DNA of 32,000 nucleotides from Vibrio vulnificus CMCP6 (GTDB lineage Bacteria; Pseudomonadota; Gammaproteobacteria; Enterobacterales; Vibrionaceae): NCBI RefSeq assembly GCF_000039765.1, contig NC_004460.2, positions 1,170,001 to 1,202,000 of the forward strand, read 5' to 3'. Shown piece by piece: positions 16,555 to 26,331 of this stretch (position 1 is its first letter; each line of letters starts with the position of its first letter). The notes under the pieces were generated by a model. It saw only the letters and a program-made list of their open reading frames with translations, ran no database searches and was not told where the DNA came from. The position numbers and the translations under genes were made by a program.

Positions 16555-17715
16555 TTATTTCGCTCCCTGATCGTGGTATGGGTCACAAGCATCACGTAAA
16601 CCATCGCCCACAAAGTTCATTGCCAAAATCACCACAATCACCGCCGCGGCAGGAATCAACAGCCAAGCCGCTTCCGCCAATGCGCGGATGTTTTGCGCTT
16701 CTTGCAGCAGTACGCCCCAACTCACCATCGGCGCCTGTAAACCAAGACCAAGGAAGCTCAGTGCGGTTTCACCCAGAATCATCGCGGGAATCGCCAAGGT
16801 CACCACCGCAATAATGTGGCTCAGGAAGTTCGGCACCATGTAACGGCGGATGATTTCAAACGGTGTGTTGCCATCGAGCCACGCTGCCGCGACGTACTCT
16901 TCGCTGCGCAATGACATAAAGCGGCTGCGCACCACTCGCGCCATGTCTGGCCAAGAGACCAAACCTAAAATAATGGTGATCAAGAAATACTTAGTGAGAG
17001 AACTCCATTCCGCTGGCAATGAGGCCGAAAGGGCCATCCACAAAGGCAAGGTTGGAATGGACTTCATAAACTCGATACTGCGCTGAATGAAGTTATCGAT
17101 CGCCCCACCGAAGTAGCCAGAGATACCGCCAATGACAATGCCGAGCACAAAGGTGGTGAATACCCCCATCAAACCGACCGAGAGAGAAATGCGTGCACCA
17201 TAAATCAGGCGAGACAACATATCGCGCCCCATTCGGTCAGAGCCGAGCACAAAAAATGGCTGCTTCGGATCATGTGGCACCACAAACTTGCGATTCATCG
17301 GGATAAAGCCCAGCAAGTAGTAACGCTCAGTCTCACCGAAAAAGGAGAAATACACTTTTTTGTTCTCATTTAGGGTGTAGTGACGTTTTAACGTGCGTGG
17401 ATCGGTTTTGCTGTTATAAAACTCAAGGTGTGGCGCCCAACGCCATCCATCCTCCGTGGATTCAATCAAGCTCACCGCTTGTGGTGGCGCATAGGTGTAA
17501 CGGCGCCAGTTATCACTGGGATCAAACGGAGCAAAAAACTCAGCAAAAATGGCAATAAAGTAAACCCACACGAGGAACCACATGCTGTACCACGCCAGTT
17601 TATGCTGACGCATTTTGAGTCCGATGAGCTGCCATTGGGTCGCGGTGGCTAAATCAAGCGTGGCTTTTTTGCGACCAAACAGTCGATTAAATAGATGAAT
17701 TGCTTGTGTCGTCAT
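16555..17715 (-). CDS. ABC transporter permease (DppC/OppC-type with N-terminal extension)
   Basis: Multi-TM protein with an EAA-like loop (...AAWLDGNTPFEIIRRYMVPN...). It is tightly packed, with 2-nt gaps to both neighbours. Confidence 0.9.
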   Translation of the reverse strand: MTTQAIHLFNRLFGRKKATLDLATATQWQLIGLKMRQHKLAWYSMWFLVWVYFIAIFAEFFAPFDPSDNWRRYTYAPPQAVSLIESTEDGWRWAPHLEFYNSKTDPRTLKRHYTLNENKKVYFSFFGETERYYLLGFIPMNRKFVVPHDPKQPFFVLGSDRMGRDMLSRLIYGARISLSVGLMGVFTTFVLGIVIGGISGYFGGAIDNFIQRSIEFMKSIPTLPLWMALSASLPAEWSSLTKYFLITIILGLVSWPDMARVVRSRFMSLRSEEYVAAAWLDGNTPFEIIRRYMVPNFLSHIIAVVTLAIPAMILGETALSFLGLGLQAPMVSWGVLLQEAQNIRALAEAAWLLIPAAAVIVVILAMNFVGDGLRDACDPYHDQGAK

Positions 17716-17717
17716 GA

Positions 17718-18725
17718 CTAAAACTCCTTCGCTACACCAACACGCACACGGGGATCAACCCAGTAGAGCAATAGGTCTGAAATCAAGGTACCAATAATGG
17801 TGAGAATGGACATGATGAGCAGGACATCCCCCGCGACATACATATCTTGAGCCCGCAATGCGGAAAGCATCAATGGACCTAAAGTGGGGATGTTCATGAC
17901 TTGGCTGACGATGATGTCCGCACCCAGCAGGGCTGGCAGCATCCAACCAATGGTGGAAACAATCGGCAAAATGGCGATGCGCACGGGGTACTTCATGATC
18001 AATTTGGCTTCGGTTTGCCCTTTCGCTCGCGCGGTTTTTACATAAGGCTTTTTCAGCTCATCGAGCAAGTTGGCGCGCATGATACGGATGATGCCTGCAA
18101 GGCCCGCCGTACCCACCACCAAGATATAAATCCAGCTGCGAGATGCTGCATCGAGGAATTTTGCCCACGACATAGGCTGGTCTAGAAACTCTTCGGAGTA
18201 GAGCCCTGAGACCACCGTATCAAAGCTGTAGTAACCGATCAGCAGCGCCAGAATCGCAATCACAAAGTTGGGCGTCGCCATGCCGATAAAACCAAAAACT
18301 GTCGCCACGTAATCGCCCCAAGAGTATTGACGCAACGCGGAATACATACCGATAGGAATGGCAATCAAGAACTGAAAAAGAAAGACCGCAGCAGCAAGAG
18401 AGACAGTTGGCCAAATGCGCGGTTCAATGGTTTCCCACACTGGCTGGTTGTTGGTGAGGGAGATGCCTAAATCACCGGTCAACAAGCCGCCGATCCAGTC
18501 GAAATAACGTTCAAGCAGTGGTTTATCCAAACCATACATCTCACGCAGGGTATAAATCATTTGTGGGTCGACGGTTTGCCCCATTGACTGTAACTCCGCG
18601 ATTTTGGACGAAGCAAAATCTCCCGGCGGCAAATCGATCACCGCAAAAATAACGATAGATACGGCAAATAATGTCACCAGTATCGACATCAATCGCTTAC
18701 CTATAAACAGAAAAAAACTGCTCAT
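17718..18725 (-). CDS. ABC transporter permease (DppB/OppB-type)
   Basis: Multi-TM protein with ...YVKTARAKGQTEAKLIMKYPVR... (binding-protein-dependent transport inner-membrane motif). AAGGAA SD lies 5 nt upstream. Confidence 0.9.
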   Translation of the reverse strand: MSSFFLFIGKRLMSILVTLFAVSIVIFAVIDLPPGDFASSKIAELQSMGQTVDPQMIYTLREMYGLDKPLLERYFDWIGGLLTGDLGISLTNNQPVWETIEPRIWPTVSLAAAVFLFQFLIAIPIGMYSALRQYSWGDYVATVFGFIGMATPNFVIAILALLIGYYSFDTVVSGLYSEEFLDQPMSWAKFLDAASRSWIYILVVGTAGLAGIIRIMRANLLDELKKPYVKTARAKGQTEAKLIMKYPVRIAILPIVSTIGWMLPALLGADIIVSQVMNIPTLGPLMLSALRAQDMYVAGDVLLIMSILTIIGTLISDLLLYWVDPRVRVGVAKEF

Positions 18726-18892
18726 TGTTGTTCCTTAATCCCAATCCTATTCGGAATATTTACTCTGGTTGATGAAGGCCGGAACCTTCGCTGTTAAGTG
18801 AAGAAAATTGGTAATTAAAACCGTTTAAGTGCAACCAATTTAATAACTCAACCCTATATTCATTTTTATTAGAACGCATCGTTAGTTATTTT

Positions 18893-18928
18893 TAAAACGC
18901 TTTTTCAGTTTTATGATAACAAGATCAT
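18893..18928. promoter_or_regulatory. Conserved ~36-bp control module, copy B (KdgR-like box TAAAACGCTTTTTCA + TTTATGATA-N-GATCA)
   Basis: AAAACGCTTTTTCAGTTTTATGATAACAAGATCATC. It matches copy C at 28 of 36 positions ungapped. It lies 168 nt upstream of the permease start. Confidence 0.5.
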
Positions 18929-19621
18929 CACCAAAGCGTTGAAGCGTGATCGAAGCCAAATTATTTGCATTGCAAATTTACTTTTAATTAACCATTCGCC
19001 TTACAGATAATTAAAGTTGCCACGCCATTTGGACACAAATTGCTTAGCGTATCGCTGGAAAAAAACTGAAGAAGACCACCACCAATGGGTGAAAAAAATC
19101 AAGTGTGGGGTAAACGATGCAGTAACGTGTTAGTCAAATTACTCTAATTCATCACAAATCGAACATACGCTCAGACCTTATCGAAAAAGGCCTTAGTGCC
19201 TAAGCCGATGAAAAGAGCGAGCATCAACGCCTCTCAAGAGGGTCAGAAGAGAGTCAATCGAGCGTCGAGCAACTTTGCCAATAAAGAGGCGAGAACTTGC
19301 GTCTAGAAGGCGTTGTGCGGCCCTGAAGGTGTTGCAAATATCTGCTTGTTTTATCGCCATATTTCGCATCGTGATGTGCGCAATCATTCAACAAATATTC
19401 AGCACCACCATGGCCCTGTGACAAAATGACTTAAAAACCATCACAACGAAGGGAAATAAAGAATCCGATGATGTGTTCACCCTCACCAAGTTGCGTAAAA
19501 TCCGTTGTTATTTTTGGCTAGAAACAATTAAAATTCAGGTATTTAAATAAAAACAACGCGAACTGTCTTGCAAGGTTAGCCTTATATTTCTCATCAGATT
19601 CTTATTTTCATAAATAAAATA

Positions 19622-19646
19622 AGGCCCAGTATTGAACACTGGGCCT
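19622..19646 (-). terminator. Rho-independent terminator after the solute-binding-protein gene (intra-cluster attenuator)
   Basis: AGGCCCAGT-ATTGAAC-ACTGGGCCT. On the minus strand it is followed by TATTTTATTTAT. Confidence 0.8.
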
Positions 19647-19678
19647 AACGATATTGCGTTATAGAAACTCGCCGTGGA

Positions 19679-21598
19679 TTACTGCTGTTTCCATAGCTGG
19701 CTCATGCGCATTGGCCCAGGGGTTGGGAAAGTCCAAGACTGAGGCATGTTTTCTGGCACGTTCTGCAGTTTGTTGTTCACCACCACACCCACCGGCAGCG
19801 CTTCTACTGTACCAATCACGTAGAAGTGCTCTTTAGCGATGTCGAGGATCTGTTCCATATACTTAAACTGCGTTTCTTGCGAAGAGGTATTTTGGATCTT
19901 GTTCCACAACTCCAACTGCTTCTTCACATGCGCCGGTGGCTCCACGGCAAATTCATTACCCGGCTCTGAAGCCCACAAGTAGTAACCTAAGCCCCAAGTT
20001 GATTCCGGGCTAAATGGCATGTAGTGACGCGCTTCATCAATGATGCCCACACCACCATCGCCAACGATTGGGATCATGTCGAAGTCGTTGGTTAAGCGAA
20101 TGTTGGTGACATGGTTAATTTCCAGAACGCGAATATCTAAGAACACACCCACCGCTTTCCACTGCTTCTTCACCAGTTCCAGTGAATCGGCCAACACACC
20201 TTTGTCGTTCACTTTAGAGACCGCTTCGATGCGCAGACGCTCACCGTTTTTCATCAAACGGTAGCCTTCTTTGTCACGTTGCGTCAAACCAAGCGAGTCC
20301 AACAACTTATTGGCTTTGGCGAGATCAAACTCCGTGTACTGAGTGGCCATCTCTTCATCAAAAAATGGCGAGATTTCAATCGGTGCCGCTTGATGTGGAC
20401 CGACCGCACCCGAGAAGACGGTTTCGCTGATCTCTTCACGATCAATCGCATGAGAAAGCGCAACACGGAAATCTTTATTTTGGAACAGTTCGCGTTTCAG
20501 CGGATCTTTCACCGTTTGGTTTAGCGCGATGGCCAGTTCCGTGCTTCGTGTATTTGGACGGAACTCATAGGTGTAGCCACTCTTCTTCTCGTTATCGATC
20601 AGCATTGGACGGTAACTTGGCTGACCAATGTGACGATGTTGGAAGTCTGCTTCACCCGCAGCGGCACGCAGAACCATCTCTTCTTGGTCTTCACTGTAAC
20701 GCCAGCGAACGCTGTCTAAGTAAGGCAATTGGTTACCTTCGGTATCGACTTGCCAGTAATACGGGTTACGCTCAAACTCGGCAAAACTCGCGTTTGGACC
20801 TGGCGCCACTTTCACTTTCCATGCTGTCAAGACAGGGCGATCAACGTTGTTGTAGTGCTCGATGAAGTAGTGGGCATTGCATTTGGTCGACGCGTACTGA
20901 CGCCAAGAGTCAAAACCAGCCGCCTTCGCCATTTCTGCCGCTTTTGGATTGAACTTTGGAATGAACTGTTCACAGTAATGTTTTGGATAGGCGGTGAAGC
21001 TTTCGCTATCCACGGTGGCCAAGCTGCGAATAAACAAACCATTTGGTTTGGCCAAGGTGATTTTCACGCTGTACTTGTCTAGCACTTCCGCTTTCGCGGC
21101 ATCGTGAGTCGGTAGAGCCAGTGGACGGTTGCCTGCGTGCTCTGGATCACCCACAATGTCATTGATGTAAAACGCAATGTCGTCTGCGGTAAATGGTGTA
21201 CCGTCAGACCACTTCACCCCTTTGCGCAAAGTAATGGTGTACTCGGTATTTGCCTCATTGGAAGTAAATCCAGTGGCTAGGTTTGGCACCACTTTTGAGT
21301 AGTAAACATCGAAATTAAACAGATTGTCGTAAGCGATGGTACGCGCGCGGTGACCGTTGTCGACCACTTTACCGACCAAGTTCAGCGTGCCGCCGTATTG
21401 CCCTACCGATTCAAACGGTTCAACCACTAGCGGATTTTCCGGTAAACGTTCGATCACTGGCGGTAATTTTCCAGCCGCAACGAGCTCTTTTAACTGTGGG
21501 GCTTCATTGTAGGTATCAGCCCAAGTTGAGAAAGAAATAGACGCTGCCACGGCGATCGCGACTTTGCCAAGTAGAGGTAAGCTATTCTTATAGTTCAT
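19679..21598 (-). CDS. ABC transporter substrate-binding protein, family 5 (oligopeptide/oligosaccharide type), secreted
   Basis: 639 aa with signal peptide ...VAIAVAASISFSTWA|DTY. It has family-5 SBP character throughout. AGGGAG SD lies 6 nt upstream. Confidence 0.9.
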   Translation of the reverse strand: MNYKNSLPLLGKVAIAVAASISFSTWADTYNEAPQLKELVAAGKLPPVIERLPENPLVVEPFESVGQYGGTLNLVGKVVDNGHRARTIAYDNLFNFDVYYSKVVPNLATGFTSNEANTEYTITLRKGVKWSDGTPFTADDIAFYINDIVGDPEHAGNRPLALPTHDAAKAEVLDKYSVKITLAKPNGLFIRSLATVDSESFTAYPKHYCEQFIPKFNPKAAEMAKAAGFDSWRQYASTKCNAHYFIEHYNNVDRPVLTAWKVKVAPGPNASFAEFERNPYYWQVDTEGNQLPYLDSVRWRYSEDQEEMVLRAAAGEADFQHRHIGQPSYRPMLIDNEKKSGYTYEFRPNTRSTELAIALNQTVKDPLKRELFQNKDFRVALSHAIDREEISETVFSGAVGPHQAAPIEISPFFDEEMATQYTEFDLAKANKLLDSLGLTQRDKEGYRLMKNGERLRIEAVSKVNDKGVLADSLELVKKQWKAVGVFLDIRVLEINHVTNIRLTNDFDMIPIVGDGGVGIIDEARHYMPFSPESTWGLGYYLWASEPGNEFAVEPPAHVKKQLELWNKIQNTSSQETQFKYMEQILDIAKEHFYVIGTVEALPVGVVVNNKLQNVPENMPQSWTFPTPGPMRMSQLWKQQ

Positions 21599-21665
21599 CA
21601 GTCACTCCCTGATGTGATTTACAAATTATGGGTAAAATTTTTCTGCTTCGCACGAGCCATCCAGC

Positions 21666-23387
21666 TCAGCGAGGCCATTTGCCTGCATTCACCGCAATCA
21701 CATACTGGTGCGTACCGGGTTCGATACGCCCTGTGATGGCAGGAACACTGGCGTGGGGATAAAGCAAATTGGTGTTCGGCGCACATGGGTAAACGCGCGT
21801 TTGTCCTTCACCTTGTAATAAAATCATTTCACTGAACAATCGTTCTGAGCTCACCTTCGCTGGTTGAATCACCTGATGGCTAAACCACGCCGACCAGCAA
21901 TCCACCGCGTGTCCCGTCATGACAAAATTCAGTTCGATGTCGGTGGTGATCTCATGGCGGCGGATTTCACCTCGTTCAGACCACTGCTGACGCGTTTTCA
22001 CCACGCAACCTTCAAATGGTTGCCACAGCGAGACCAAGGCATCACCATCTCGATAACTGTCAGTGTTGCGGTGACGGCTAAACCATTGCCCCGTCTGCGG
22101 ATGGGCAAATGCGACGATGTTGTCACCCGCCCAACCTTGATCGAGCCAACGGGTTGATTCGACACACAAACCATGCGCCGAGCTATAAGCGAACTTGCTG
22201 TATTTGTCTTCACAGTGGCGCAGCTCATTGGCTGGAGCTGCGTTGGTCAGCAGATAGCTGCCTTGGCGCCGTACCATTTGATGGTGTTCGCCAATCCAAG
22301 TCGCTGGTAACTGACTGGCCAAAGGCTGTTCGGCTGCACGCCAAAACGGATGCTCTTCAGCAAGATTGAGGGCATTAAAGGCTTTAAGCGCCAGCATCGG
22401 TGATGCATAACTGGTGTAAAACTCACTGCTTAAGAGATTCGGGTAAGCAAAACCGGGCAACAATTGCGCTTGTTGATCGCAAATCGGTTGCTTTGCCCAC
22501 CAACGCATGGTTTGCATCCAGTAGTTTTTGGCCGTCACGATATCCATGTCTGGGTGATCGTGTCGGGCAAGCTCTGCCCAAAAAGCGGCGCCTGCAAAAC
22601 GGTAGTTGAGCGAGCGGCCATAGCATAGCGGCTGTCCGTCATCACCAAACCAATACTGGTAGCCATGGGAAAACGCCACCGCTCGCGCCAACAAGCGTTG
22701 GCACAAATCACCTTCGCCTTGCTGCCAACGCACATACACCAATGCATAAAGTTGAAAAGCAAACGGATTGTAATAATCGAGCGCACCGCCTTCGCCGTCT
22801 TGATACCAACCATCATCGAGATAGAGCGCATCAACAAAGGCGAGATCATCGGCCAGCACTTGCTCGTTAATCTGTTCGCCCAACTGCTGCAAGGCACTGA
22901 GGATAAGAATACGAAACCAACGCCAGTTGTTCGGAGGGAGTTGTAAATCCGTCACCGCGCGCAGCCAATCCACCAAGTGTTGCTTTTCTTGTGAACAAAG
23001 AGGCAGCCAATAGCACTCCTTTGCATCCACCAGCGCAACGGCAATGGAGGCCATTTCCACCACACGTTGATCATAGTTTTTCGGCTGCTGCCAATAGTGT
23101 TCTGAATCTGGATCGCAACCCGCCACCACCATCTGACGTAAGGTGTGATGCGCTTGGTTGAGCTCATGCGTTGCAGGTGCCGCGCCCCATAGCAACCGAC
23201 AAAGGTGCTCTAGCTTCGCCACTTCGGTGGGGTAATGCGCGGCACTGTTGTACGTCGGGCGATCACCACTCTGCTCGGTTAATACCGGAAGTTGACGCTG
23301 CACAATCTCATTCAACAGTTGCAGCGTTTCCGCTCGACGGCTAAATGTCACATCCTGCTTCACCAATTGATTGAGGCTGATGGCCAC
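21666..23387 (-). CDS. DUF2264-family protein (uncharacterised alpha/alpha-barrel-like; possibly GH154-related), cytoplasmic
   Basis: 573 aa. Motifs I associate with DUF2264: ...GAAHYP...LWG.AP..., DDGWYQDGEGGALDYYNPFAF, YGRSLNYRFAGAAFW. The GTG start has a weak SD and there is no signal peptide. The family call is from memory, not from a search. Confidence 0.7.
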   Translation of the reverse strand: MAISLNQLVKQDVTFSRRAETLQLLNEIVQRQLPVLTEQSGDRPTYNSAAHYPTEVAKLEHLCRLLWGAAPATHELNQAHHTLRQMVVAGCDPDSEHYWQQPKNYDQRVVEMASIAVALVDAKECYWLPLCSQEKQHLVDWLRAVTDLQLPPNNWRWFRILILSALQQLGEQINEQVLADDLAFVDALYLDDGWYQDGEGGALDYYNPFAFQLYALVYVRWQQGEGDLCQRLLARAVAFSHGYQYWFGDDGQPLCYGRSLNYRFAGAAFWAELARHDHPDMDIVTAKNYWMQTMRWWAKQPICDQQAQLLPGFAYPNLLSSEFYTSYASPMLALKAFNALNLAEEHPFWRAAEQPLASQLPATWIGEHHQMVRRQGSYLLTNAAPANELRHCEDKYSKFAYSSAHGLCVESTRWLDQGWAGDNIVAFAHPQTGQWFSRHRNTDSYRDGDALVSLWQPFEGCVVKTRQQWSERGEIRRHEITTDIELNFVMTGHAVDCWSAWFSHQVIQPAKVSSERLFSEMILLQGEGQTRVYPCAPNTNLLYPHASVPAITGRIEPGTHQYVIAVNAGKWPR

Positions 23388-23449
23388 GGGCTACTCACTT
23401 ATCAACAAATTCATCAATGTCGCAATTAGAACTCATCACCACTAATTAT

Positions 23450-23485
23450 TGAAACGCTTTTTTATATTTATGATATGAAGATCAA
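23450..23485. promoter_or_regulatory. Conserved ~36-bp control module, copy C (box C1 TGAAACGCTTTTTTA + TTTATGATA-N-GATCA)
   Basis: GAAACGCTTTTTTATATTTATGATATGAAGATCAAA. It lies in the divergent DUF2264/sulfatase-1 intergenic region, 63 nt from the DUF2264 start. Confidence 0.5.
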
Positions 23486-23497
23486 AACTCTGTTTCA
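23483..23497. promoter_or_regulatory. KdgR-like box C3 (CAAAACTCTGTTTCA)
   Basis: Overlaps the end of module C and has the same AAAC-N5-TTTCA architecture. Confidence 0.4.
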
Positions 23498-23555
23498 TTT
23501 TTTATATTCAATGCATACATAGTTCACAAAAATAGATAAGATTCGACAATATAAT

Positions 23556-23570
23556 TGAACCATCATTTCA
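23556..23570. promoter_or_regulatory. KdgR-like box C2 (TGAACCATCATTTCA) immediately upstream of the sulfatase-1 RBS
   Basis: Differs from box D2 at one position. It ends 6 nt before the GGGAG SD. Confidence 0.5.
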
Positions 23571-23587
23571 TTTAATGGGAGTTGCGT

Positions 23588-25048
23588 GTGAATTTTGCTC
23601 TATTGCTCATGGACCAGACCCGAGCGGATATGCTTGGTTGTTATGGTCATCCTGTGGTCCAAACCCCCAATATGGACAGCATTGCCGCGGCGGGGGCACG
23701 CTTTGAACAAGCGTTTTGCGCCTCTTCTGTCTGCACGCCGTCAAGAACCTCTTTATTCACTGGCAAGATGCCCTCTCACCACGGCGTGATGTGTAACTCG
23801 GATAAAGAGGGCGACAAATGTGACGTACCGCTTGAGGACGCTAACCTGATCAGTGAGTTGCCCAACCACCAGCACATTTACATTGGTAAATGGCACATCG
23901 GCCATCAAAAACTGCCGCAAGAATACGGTTTCGTTGGTCACAATTTTGATGGCTATGCCTACCCTGGTAGTGGTGTTTACCAAAATCTGGCCTTTGATAG
24001 CGTGCCACTCAACGGCAACCGTTACCAAGAATGGCTACATGAGAAAGGATTTGCCCTTCCCAAAGTTAGCGACTGCACCTTCGGTAACAACCCCAATCTG
24101 AAAATCCAAGAGTTCTATGGTTTGCTCCATGCCCCCGTTGAAGCGTCGATTCCATATTTTTTGGTGGATGAAGCCATCAGCCACATTGAAAAGTGTCTGC
24201 AGCAAAATCAGTCCTTCACCTTGTGGATGAATTTCTGGGGCCCGCACACGCCTTGCATCATCCCAGAGCCCTACTTTTCAATGTACCAACCTGAACAAGT
24301 GACCTTTGATGAAAGCTTCTACCATCCTTTGATTGGCAAACCGGAGCACTACCAAAACATTGCCAAAATGTGGGGAGTATGGAGCCTAGACGAAGAAATC
24401 TGGCGACACATTGTCTGCAAATATTGGGGGTACATTACGCTGATTGACGACGCCATCGGCCAATTGCTCGACTTCCTCAAACAACACGATCTCTACGATG
24501 GGCTGTTTTTGTCCATCTCCGCCGATCACGGCGACGCGATGGGTGCACATCGGATGATCGAAAAAGGCGAGTTTATGTTTGATCAAACCTATCGTGTGCC
24601 GCTGATCATCAAAGACCCCAATGCAAGCCAGATCGGCGCTCACTATGATGATTTGGTTTACCTGCACGATCTCACCGCCACTTATGCCGACATCGCCAGC
24701 GCCAAGGTGCCGGAGAGTTTCGATGGCCAATCTCTGCTGCCGATCTTACGCCAGCAAGCAGGGCAAAGCGTGCCCGTTCGTGAGGGCATTCTTGCTCAGC
24801 AAAATGGCCATTTCACCCCCTACCCACAGCGCATGTGGCGCACCAAAGAGTACAAACTGGTGTTTAATGCCAGCGGCCGCAGTGAGTTGTATCATCTGCG
24901 CCACGATCCGCAGGAGATGCACAATCTGATTGATGATCCAAACTATGGCGAGATCAAACAATCGATGATTGAGGCCATGTATGCGGAAATGCAACGCTAC
25001 CACGATCCGTTGTGCACGTGGTTTTATCGCATGAAGGCGGTGATTTAG
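23588..25048 (+). CDS. Cys-type (formylglycine) sulfatase 1, family S1, cytoplasmic
   Basis: N-terminal metal-binding LLLMDQTRADMLGCYGH begins at about residue 5, leaving no room for a signal peptide. FGly motif SSVCTPSRTSLFTG and C-terminal ELYHLRHDPQEMHNL are present. GTG 23588 has GGGAG 6 nt upstream. The track's TTG 23582 abuts the SD. Confidence 0.9.
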   Translation: MNFALLLMDQTRADMLGCYGHPVVQTPNMDSIAAAGARFEQAFCASSVCTPSRTSLFTGKMPSHHGVMCNSDKEGDKCDVPLEDANLISELPNHQHIYIGKWHIGHQKLPQEYGFVGHNFDGYAYPGSGVYQNLAFDSVPLNGNRYQEWLHEKGFALPKVSDCTFGNNPNLKIQEFYGLLHAPVEASIPYFLVDEAISHIEKCLQQNQSFTLWMNFWGPHTPCIIPEPYFSMYQPEQVTFDESFYHPLIGKPEHYQNIAKMWGVWSLDEEIWRHIVCKYWGYITLIDDAIGQLLDFLKQHDLYDGLFLSISADHGDAMGAHRMIEKGEFMFDQTYRVPLIIKDPNASQIGAHYDDLVYLHDLTATYADIASAKVPESFDGQSLLPILRQQAGQSVPVREGILAQQNGHFTPYPQRMWRTKEYKLVFNASGRSELYHLRHDPQEMHNLIDDPNYGEIKQSMIEAMYAEMQRYHDPLCTWFYRMKAVI

Positions 25049-25058
25049 TCACCGTCAG

Positions 25059-25087
25059 GCCAGAGTGACATCATTGTTCACTCTGGC
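25059..25087. terminator. 10-bp inverted repeat at the convergent sulfatase-1 / anSME junction
   Basis: GCCAGAGTGA-N9-TCACTCTGGC. The loop contains the anSME stop codon and the right arm is coding. There is no U-tract, so terminator function is uncertain. Confidence 0.3.
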
Positions 25088-26282
25088 GCAAAAACTGACG
25101 GTAAGAGGAAGCAGGCAATTGACGACGCAGGCACTCTCCCATTGCGCGAAGGTAAGGCTGGATATGCGAGAAAAAGGCAAAATACCCCGCGCAGAGGTAG
25201 TGTTTCGCCGTTAACGACAGCTCGCCATTGTCATCGATACGTTGGGCTGGGCAAGCCCCATGACACAAATGACGCTGGCTGCACCCTTGGCAATGCAGTT
25301 GGCTTCCCATGGGTTTGCGCAGAGAAAACTGCTGCTGAATGGGGGTTTCAATCAAGTCGGGATAATCTCGCTCGCGCACATTGCCCAGCTTAAATTCAGG
25401 GTAGACGAAGTGATCGCAACTATACGCATCGCCGTTGTGTTCAATTACCAGATTATCGCCACATTGCGGTGCATGCACACAAATGGATGAAGGCATCCCC
25501 AGTTGCATGCCCAAAGCGTTATCAAAATGACTGACAAACACTTCCCCCATGTCGTACTGACGCCAAGTTTCAAACACATCAATCATAAATTGACCAAATT
25601 GCTCGGGGGAAACGCTGCGCGAAGAGACCCCCTCACCTTTGACCGGCTCGACAATAGGAATGAACTGAATAAAACGTGCGCCCAATGCTTTTAAGTGCTG
25701 GTAGACCCTTTTGCCATCCGCACCATTGTGGTTTTGCACCACCGTCAGCACATTGAATTCGACTTGATGCTTTTGCAATACCCGCAAGCCGCGCACCACC
25801 TGATCATAAGAACCTTTGCCACTGCGTGTTTTGCGATAGTGGTCATGCAACTCTTTATCCCCATCAAGGCTAATGCCCACCAAAAAGTGGTGGCGACGAA
25901 GAAAATCCCCCCACTGATCATCCAGCAGTATCCCATTGGTTTGTAAGGTATTGACGATCTGCATGCCTGCCCGCGCGTGTTTGCGCTGCAACGCCACCAC
26001 GCGTTGATAGAATTCGACGCCTCTGAGCGTCGGCTCACCGCCTTGCCAACCAAAAGTCACTTCAACACACCCCGCAGGCTGACTTTCAATATAACTTTTG
26101 ATGTGCGCTTCCAAAGCGTCATCACTCATGTCAAAGCGCTTGGTTTGCGGATAATACTCGGTTTTGTCTAGGTAAAAGCAGTAATCGCAATCGAGATTGC
26201 AAACCGGACCAATCGGTTTGGCAAGAACATGGAACGGGCGTTTTGCTCGTGGCTTGGTAACGGGGATGTGTGCTGGTTGCAT
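25071..26282 (-). CDS. Anaerobic sulfatase-maturating enzyme (radical SAM / SPASM)
   Basis: CNLDCDYCFY (CX3CX2C) near the N-terminus. C-terminal Cys clusters (CVHAPQCGDN..., SCDHF..., HCQGCSQRHLCHGACP) are typical of anSME/SPASM proteins. Confidence 0.92.
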   Translation of the reverse strand: MQPAHIPVTKPRAKRPFHVLAKPIGPVCNLDCDYCFYLDKTEYYPQTKRFDMSDDALEAHIKSYIESQPAGCVEVTFGWQGGEPTLRGVEFYQRVVALQRKHARAGMQIVNTLQTNGILLDDQWGDFLRRHHFLVGISLDGDKELHDHYRKTRSGKGSYDQVVRGLRVLQKHQVEFNVLTVVQNHNGADGKRVYQHLKALGARFIQFIPIVEPVKGEGVSSRSVSPEQFGQFMIDVFETWRQYDMGEVFVSHFDNALGMQLGMPSSICVHAPQCGDNLVIEHNGDAYSCDHFVYPEFKLGNVRERDYPDLIETPIQQQFSLRKPMGSQLHCQGCSQRHLCHGACPAQRIDDNGELSLTAKHYLCAGYFAFFSHIQPYLRAMGECLRRQLPASSYRQFLRQSEQ

Positions 26283-26331
26283 TCGCCTATCTCAACAAGT
26301 AAGTAACTTTGTTAATTTTACTTATTTTTTT

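Noticed and set aside
19193-19387. 64-aa minus-strand ORF and a 32-codon plus-strand ORF (19208..19306) in the SBP-permease spacer
   Set aside because: Neither has an SD or a recognisable domain. A faint resemblance of MKRASINASQEGQKRV... to helix-turn-helix-type N-termini was too weak and is broken by stops. They are kept only as a note in the spacer finding.
23450-23480. Reading the conserved module as a simple sigma70 promoter (TTGAAA ... TATGAT)
   Set aside because: The spacing between TTGAAA and the best -10-like hexamer is 14-16 nt and the hexamers are poor. I cannot support a specific -35/-10 assignment in either orientation.
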